Source of the DNA: a virus
Lineage: Duplodnaviria > Heunggongvirae > Uroviricota > Caudoviricetes
Length of the DNA stretch: 14,669 bases
IMG/VR virus record: IMGVR_UViG_2740892230_000033
Direction: 5' to 3' (one strand)
Below are positions 10,063-14,669 of the stretch, in pieces. Within the stretch, counting starts at the first letter, position 1. Every line of letters begins with the position of its first letter. Made by a program: the position numbers and the translations under genes. The notes beneath the pieces were generated by a model. That model had not been told where the DNA came from and ran no database searches. It saw nothing but the letters and a program-made list of their open reading frames with translations.

Positions 10063-10219
10063 AGCTTCAGCCCCTTGTATCCGTTAAATGATTCGGCAAC
10101 AATCATCACCCACCACGTGCGTAATCTCACCCCTGCGCCGTTCTCCCGCCACGGCGACAACAAAAAGCAGTAACCCCCTCCGCACGCACATGCGACCATG
10201 CCGCACAGGGAGGGAACAG

Positions 10220-11329
10220 ATGACCGATACCACCATGCAATTGCTCAGTCAGGGCACAGACCCCGTGAAAATGCCGGATTTTGATATTCTCGCGGAGGGT
10301 AAAACGCTGTCAGGCGTGGCAGAGCGCCTGATGAGCCTGTCACTGACCGACAACCGGGGATTTGAGGCGGACCAGCTCACCATCACGCTGGATGATGCGG
10401 ATGGTCAGTTGCAGCTACCGCCACGGGGCGCGCGCCTGACGGTTCTCATTGGCTGGAAAGGAGAACCGCTGACAGAAAAAGGCACTTACATTGTTGATGA
10501 AATCGCTCACGAAGGACCGCCGGACAGGCTGACTGTTTCAGCCAGAAGCGCAGATTTTCGGGATGAATTTAACGTTAAACGTGAGGTGTCCTGGCATGAT
10601 GTGACCGTTGAGCGCGTGGTATCTGCCATCGCTCATCGGTACGGTCTGAAACCGCAAATCAGCGAAATGCTGATGGATATCGAAATCGACCACGCCGACC
10701 AGACCGAAGAAAGCGATATGTCCTTCCTTACGCGCATGGCGGAAATGCTGGGCGCAATCACCACGGTAAAAAGCGGCAATCTGTTATTCATCATGCCAGG
10801 TGGTGGCGTGAACGCACAGGGCCAGCCGTTGCCCTCGTTCGCCATTACACGCAGCAGCGGCGATCGCCATCAGTTCCGTATTGCTGACCGCGAGGCGTAT
10901 ACGGGGGTACGCGCCTACTGGCTTGATCTTAATTACGGGAAAAAGAAAAAAGTCAGCGTGAAACGCCGTAAACCGCCAAAACCCAAAAAGGAGAAAAGCA
11001 GCAGCCGTGAAGGTGATTATATGGAAGGCGCGGAAGGCAATGTGTTTGTGTTACGCAAGACTTATCAGAACGAGCAGGCAGCAAGACGCGCAGCGGCGGC
11101 AAAGTGGCAGCAGCTACAACGCGGAGCCGCATCATTCTCCATCACGCTGGCATGTGGTCGTGCAGAACTCTACCCCGAAATGCATGGCACGGTAACAGGA
11201 TTTAAAAGCGAGATTGATAATCAGGACTGGATTATTGCAAAAGCCGAGCACACCATCGATAACAGCGGCTTTACCACGCAGCTTGAGCTTGAGGCAAAAA
11301 TCTCGGAATGGATAGCAGAAACAGAGTGA
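10220..11329 (+). CDS. D: P2 gpD-like tail protein (late control gene D family); transcribed divergently from the sheath gene
   Basis: ATG at 10220 preceded by GGAGGG; LSLTDNRGFEADQLTITLDDADGQLQLPPRGARLTVLIGW-type N-terminus resembles gpD family proteins; followed by ogr as in P2. Confidence 0.8.
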   Translation: MTDTTMQLLSQGTDPVKMPDFDILAEGKTLSGVAERLMSLSLTDNRGFEADQLTITLDDADGQLQLPPRGARLTVLIGWKGEPLTEKGTYIVDEIAHEGPPDRLTVSARSADFRDEFNVKREVSWHDVTVERVVSAIAHRYGLKPQISEMLMDIEIDHADQTEESDMSFLTRMAEMLGAITTVKSGNLLFIMPGGGVNAQGQPLPSFAITRSSGDRHQFRIADREAYTGVRAYWLDLNYGKKKKVSVKRRKPPKPKKEKSSSREGDYMEGAEGNVFVLRKTYQNEQAARRAAAAKWQQLQRGAASFSITLACGRAELYPEMHGTVTGFKSEIDNQDWIIAKAEHTIDNSGFTTQLELEAKISEWIAETE

Positions 11330-11371
11330 GCAACTTAGAATAGCAGCAGCACCACGTTAAGGGAGGTCGCT

Positions 11372-11731
11372 ATGTTCCGTTGTCCGCTTTGTGGCGCATC
11401 TGCCCGTATCCGCACCAGTCGTCCTGAAAATGATTCAAACACCGTGCGGCAAAAGTATTACCAGTGTAACAACCTGGAATGCGGCGTATGCTTCTCAACA
11501 CTGGAAGCTTTCCATAAATTCACATCAAAACACACCTCCGGCGTTCACTCTTCAGAAGGTATCCCGTGGCATGAGCTGCCAGCTTCACACAGGGGAAACA
11601 ATCAGATGANNNNNNNNNNTACATCGAAACACGCCTCCGGCGTTCACTCATCAGAAGGTATCCCATGGCATGATCTGCCAGCTTCACACAGGGGAAACAA
11701 TCAGATGAGTTTGCCTTTACCTCAGAATTAA
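11372..11731 (+). CDS. ogr: Ogr-type zinc-finger late transcription activator; about 30 codons are duplicated around the N gap at 11610-11619 (de-duplicated length about 86 aa)
   Basis: MFRCPLCGASARIRTSR...YYQCNNLECGVCF has the Cys-x2-Cys ... Cys-x4-Cys arrangement and N-terminal similarity to P2 Ogr; SD AAGGGAGG upstream. Confidence 0.85.
   Translation: MFRCPLCGASARIRTSRPENDSNTVRQKYYQCNNLECGVCFSTLEAFHKFTSKHTSGVHSSEGIPWHELPASHRGNNQMXXXXTSKHASGVHSSEGIPWHDLPASHRGNNQMSLPLPQN
11610..11619. other. N10 scaffold gap; about 11521-11609 is repeated at about 11620-11708 with a few substitutions
   Basis: Direct comparison of flanks. Confidence 0.95.
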
Positions 11732-11922
11732 CAGGCAGAATTGCCGGAGTAACAAAAAAGCGATAGATTACGCGCGGGTGCCTTTCGGCTGATGGTCGGA
11801 GGGAATACCCGAAGGCCAGATGTGGAAAGGCCCCGGAAAACATTTCTGTTTAACCGAGGCCCTAACATATCTACCTTAAGCAAGTGATAGGTTAGCGCCT
11901 CTCCAACAAAGGAGCAAGCGCT

Positions 11923-12055
11923 ATGTCGCAAAAATCGCTTACGGCCATCACGTTCTGCGTGACGGTAATCCTCATCATCTGGATGCTACACGGTTCGCTG
12001 TGTGAAATACGGATGAGCTTCTGGGGAGCGGAGTTTGCGGCGTTCTTACAGTGTA
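11923..12055 (+). CDS. Hok/Gef-family type I toxin homolog, copy 1; the 3' end runs into the N gap at 12056
   Basis: MSQKSLTAITFCVTVILIIWMLHGSLCEIRMSFWGAEFAAFLQC: transmembrane segment followed by the LCE[IL]R ... E[FI]AAF signature of Hok proteins; SD AAGGAG 8 nt upstream. Confidence 0.65.
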
Positions 12056-12065
12056 NNNNNNNNNN
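12056..12065. other. N10 scaffold gap between the two hok-like copies; here the flanks are paralog-level diverged, not near-identical
   Basis: Direct comparison of flanks. Confidence 0.95.
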
Positions 12066-12120
12066 CTTCTTACCTTCGCAAGTAGAAGGTTAGCGCCTCT
12101 CCTCTCAGGAGACAAGCGTT

Positions 12121-12261
12121 ATGACGCAAATTCCGTTAAAAACCCTGTTACTTTGCATAACTGCGGTAGCGATAATCTGGATCCTCCACACATCACCGTG
12201 CGAGTTACGATTCAGGTTTGCTGGCACGGAAATTGCGGCATTCTTACTATGTAATAAGTAA
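12121..12261 (+). CDS. Hok/Gef-family type I toxin homolog, copy 2 (46 aa, complete)
   Basis: MTQIPLKTLLLCITAVAIIWILHTSPCELRFRFAGTEIAAFLLCNK; SD AGGAGA 8 nt upstream; the leader GGTTAGCGCCTCTCC is conserved with copy 1. Confidence 0.7.
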   Translation: MTQIPLKTLLLCITAVAIIWILHTSPCELRFRFAGTEIAAFLLCNK

Positions 12262-12270
12262 GATAACCGC

Positions 12271-12292
12271 GACGGGGGAGTAATCCCCCGTC
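12271..12292 (+). other. Perfect 9-bp hairpin with GUAA tetraloop immediately 3' of hok-like copy 2; possible mRNA stability or fold-back element
   Basis: GACGGGGGA GTAA TCCCCCGTC read directly from the sequence. Confidence 0.6.
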
Positions 12293-12349
12293 AATCGGTT
12301 GCTAAGGTTGGTCGAAACGGCACCCTATCTCACAGACATGAACAACAAA

Positions 12350-12381
12350 CCCGCAGCGTAAAAACTGCGGGTTTTCTTTTT
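12350..12381 (+). terminator. Rho-independent terminator after the hok-like genes
   Basis: Stem CCCGCAG / CTGCGGG with 8-nt loop, followed by TTTTCTTTTT. Confidence 0.8.
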
Positions 12382-12428
12382 GCTACCCTCACAAATGAGG
12401 GCACCATACATGAGCAATAGGCATAACA

Positions 12429-12466
12429 GATCGATGCAATAAATCCGATCGATAAAAACGATCGAT
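12429..12466 (+). promoter_or_regulatory. Cluster of three GATC (Dam) sites, each within a GATCGAT heptamer, spaced 18 and 13 bp, about 45-80 bp upstream of the com-like gene
   Basis: GATC at 12429, 12447 and 12460 read directly; resembles the Dam-sensing GATC triad of the phage Mu mom promoter region. Confidence 0.6.
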
Positions 12467-12510
12467 TTGTTATCATATCGGCAGCAGTAACCACACAAGA
12501 GGTGCCGCAA

Positions 12511-12708
12511 ATGACGCAAAATGTACGATGCAAAAATTGCAACAAACTACTTGCCCGCGCCTCATTTCACTACATTGAAATAAAATGTCCGCGCTGCAAA
12601 ACACTTAACCAGATAACGAGAGCCATCGAGCACCCCACACACATGAGGAGTTATGACCGTGGGGATCGCAATCCAGCACCAACCAGCACATACACCGGAA
12701 CACACTAA
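12511..12708 (+). CDS. com: Com-like zinc-finger translational activator (phage Mu Com homolog)
   Basis: MTQNVRCKNCNKLLARASFHYIEIKCPRCKTL...EHPT closely matches the Mu Com pattern RCKNCNKLL...HIEIRCPRCK...EHPT; SD AAGAGG 9 nt upstream of the ATG at 12511; the 3' end overlaps the start of the next gene. Confidence 0.75.
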   Translation: MTQNVRCKNCNKLLARASFHYIEIKCPRCKTLNQITRAIEHPTHMRSYDRGDRNPAPTSTYTGTH

Positions 12709-13444
12709 GGTTTATCAGACTGACAATGCCACGCTCTGTCGTGGGAATGCGCTGGAAATATTGCCGCTGATTGAGCCAGAAAGCATTGATGCCTTAATCA
12801 CTGACCCGCCTTACAGTTCGGGTGCGACACACAAGGCCGGACGCACCAACCAGGGCAGCCATGCAAAATATCTGAACGGCGAGAACCTTCACCGCTTTGA
12901 TGGGTTCGCGGGTGAAAACATGGACGCCCGTTCGTGGGCTTACTGGACACAATTATGGATGGCACAGGCACACCGCGCAGTCAGGCCGGGCGGTTATGCC
13001 CTGGTATTTACTGACTGGCGACAACTACCAGCTTTAACCGATGCGTTTCAGGCCAGTGGCTTTACATGGCGCGGCATCATTGCGTGGAACAAGGGGAGGG
13101 GGTCACGAACACCACATACCGGGTATTTCCGGCATCAGTGCGAATACATCGTCTGGGGCAGCAAAGGCCATTTAGATAAATCGCCTTCGGGACCGTTCGA
13201 CGGCTGCATGACGTTCCCGGTTATCCCGTCAAAGAAAATGCACCCGACCGGAAAACCAGAAGAACTAATGGTGGAACTGGTCAGGACTGTGAATAGTGGC
13301 GGGACAATCCTCGATCCTTTTATGTGGTCAGGGACAACGGGTGTGGCTGCACTGAAAGCAGGACGCAAATTTATTGGTATAGAAACCAGTGATCATTATT
13401 TTGATGTAGCAACACAACGGCTCAAAACGGCGATCGAACCATAA
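12653..13444 (+). CDS. Beta-class amino (N6-adenine or N4-cytosine) DNA methyltransferase; the start may be the GTG at 12659 (GAGGAG 8 nt upstream) rather than the ATG at 12653
   Basis: DPPY (motif IV) near the N-terminus and DPFMWSGTTG (motif I, AdoMet binding) near the C-terminus; this order is typical of the beta subgroup. Confidence 0.85.
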   Translation: MTVGIAIQHQPAHTPEHTKVYQTDNATLCRGNALEILPLIEPESIDALITDPPYSSGATHKAGRTNQGSHAKYLNGENLHRFDGFAGENMDARSWAYWTQLWMAQAHRAVRPGGYALVFTDWRQLPALTDAFQASGFTWRGIIAWNKGRGSRTPHTGYFRHQCEYIVWGSKGHLDKSPSGPFDGCMTFPVIPSKKMHPTGKPEELMVELVRTVNSGGTILDPFMWSGTTGVAALKAGRKFIGIETSDHYFDVATQRLKTAIEP

Positions 13445-13450
13445 GACAAA

Positions 13451-13468
13451 GCCCGCAATGTTGCGGGC
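13451..13468 (+). terminator. Hairpin after the methyltransferase gene; weak T-tract, possible terminator
   Basis: GCCCGC AATGTT GCGGGC followed by TTACTCT. Confidence 0.45.
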
Positions 13469-13673
13469 TTACTCTACCTCTCGAAAATGTGGTCACTGCG
13501 TGGACATACGCTGATACAAATCCTTTTATATCAATAAATTAAATCTTTGTTTTTTTCATCAACAAGGATTTTCACGTTTGTGTTACCTGTATGAGACGAG
13601 AGTTAACCGGACAAGTGTGCCATAATCTCGCGGCCAGGCATACTTGCGAAGATTTCAGGTATAAGGATACGTA

Positions 13674-14669
13674 ATGATACAACCTATTTCCGGCCCTCCT
13701 CCTGGGCAACCACCAGGTCAGGGAGATAACCTGCCGTCTGGCGCGGGCAATCAGCCTTTATCCAGTCAGCAACGTACTTCGCTGGAAAGCTTAATGACGA
13801 AAGTGACCTCACTGACGCAACAGCAAAGAGCAGAACTGTGGGCGGGTATCAGGCACGATATTGGTCTGTCGGGAGATTCACCGCTGCTTTCGCGTCACTT
13901 CCCTGCCGCTGAGCATAACCTGGCGCAACGTCTGCTGGCCGCGCAAAAAAGCCATTCTGCCCGCCAGCTTTTAGCGCAATTAGGGGAGTATTTACGTCTG
14001 GGGAATAATCGTCAGGCGGTCACGGATTATATCCGTCATAACTTTGGTCAGACGCCGCTGAATCAGCTCTCACCGGAGCAATTAAAAACCATTCTCACCC
14101 TGTTGCAGGAAGGGAAGATGGTTATTCCGCAACCACAGCAGCGCGAGGCGACCGACCGTCCTTTATTACCGGCGGAGCACAATGCGCTAAAACAGCTGGT
14201 GACCAAACTTGCGGCGGCAACGGGGGAACCCAGCAAACAGATCTGGCAATCGATGCTGGAACTTTCCGGGGTGAAAGATGGCGAGTTAATTCCAGCGAAA
14301 CTGTTTAACCATCTGGTGACCTGGCTACAGGCGCGTCAGACGCTAAGCCAGCAAAATACGCCGACGCTGGAATCACTACAGATGACGCTAAAACAACCTT
14401 TAGATGCCAGTGAACTGGCGGCGTTATCGGCATATATCCAGCAAAAATATGGTCTTTCTGCGCAATCATCGCTTTCTTCTGCCCAGGCCGAGGATATTCT
14501 TAATCAGCTTTATCAACGGCGGGTTAAAGGGATTGATCCGCGTGTTATGCAACCGCTGCTTAATCCTTTTCCACCGATGATGGACACGTTGCAAAATATG
14601 GCAACGCGTCCCGCGCTGTGGATACTGTTAGTCGCGATTATCCTGATGCTGGTCTGGCTGGTTCGTTAA
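13674..14669 (+). CDS. flk: Host flagellar regulator Flk (C-tail-anchored membrane protein); marks chromosomal backbone
   Basis: 331 aa, Gln-rich, with a single C-terminal hydrophobic anchor (PALWILLVAIILMLVWLVR) and N-terminus MIQPISGPPPGQPPGQ consistent with enterobacterial Flk as I recall it; not phage-like. Confidence 0.75.
   Translation: MIQPISGPPPGQPPGQGDNLPSGAGNQPLSSQQRTSLESLMTKVTSLTQQQRAELWAGIRHDIGLSGDSPLLSRHFPAAEHNLAQRLLAAQKSHSARQLLAQLGEYLRLGNNRQAVTDYIRHNFGQTPLNQLSPEQLKTILTLLQEGKMVIPQPQQREATDRPLLPAEHNALKQLVTKLAAATGEPSKQIWQSMLELSGVKDGELIPAKLFNHLVTWLQARQTLSQQNTPTLESLQMTLKQPLDASELAALSAYIQQKYGLSAQSSLSSAQAEDILNQLYQRRVKGIDPRVMQPLLNPFPPMMDTLQNMATRPALWILLVAIILMLVWLVR

Noticed and set aside
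3992-10090. Shared 8-mer CGTTAAAT near both ends of the inverted tail block as a possible recombination site
   Set aside because: It is in direct, not inverted, orientation and an 8-mer match between two regions of about 150 bp is expected by chance.
873-12065. Possibility that the repeated segments are CRISPR arrays or a diversity-generating retroelement (template/variable repeat pair)
   Set aside because: The repeats are long (about 90-170 bp), occur once each, abut N runs and lie in several unrelated genes; the substitutions are not adenine-specific; there are no short regular repeat-spacer units.
12051-12254. Track ORF spanning the N gap (MXXXXLLTFASRRLAPLLSGDKRYDANSVKNP...)
   Set aside because: It is out of frame relative to the hok-like copy 2 (ATG 12121, SD 8 nt upstream), which has the conserved Hok signature; the long ORF exists only because of read-through across the gap.
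10063-12500. Ogr-type late promoter boxes (TGT-N12-ACA) upstream of FI, D or com
   Set aside because: A manual scan of 10063-10219 and 12384-12510 found no TGT-N12-ACA match, so I do not claim any late promoter.

Overview
This window looks like the right-hand (tail/late) part of a P2-family prophage in an E. coli-like enterobacterial chromosome, ending at the host gene flk. Reading left to right: the 3' end of a gpI-like baseplate gene, tail fibre gpH and its assembly chaperone gpG (+ strand), a low-GC hexapeptide-repeat acetyltransferase on the opposite strand at the position of the P2 Z/fun cargo locus, then a complete sheath-tube-chaperone-tape measure-gpU block (FI, FII, E/E', T, U) on the minus strand, then gpD and ogr on the plus strand. 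The FI-to-U block is therefore inverted relative to canonical P2 synteny as I recall it. Between ogr and flk lie two diverged Hok-family toxin genes in tandem and a Mu com-like zinc-finger gene overlapping a DPPY DNA methyltransferase, preceded by three GATCGAT heptamers. The methyltransferase module is the most interesting candidate system. Eight runs of 10 N each interrupt the sequence; seven are flanked by near-identical duplicated sequence (about 90-170 bp, a few substitutions), which I read as unmerged contig overlaps, so several ORFs are artificially lengthened or frame-broken. All homology calls are from reading the translations; no searches were run.
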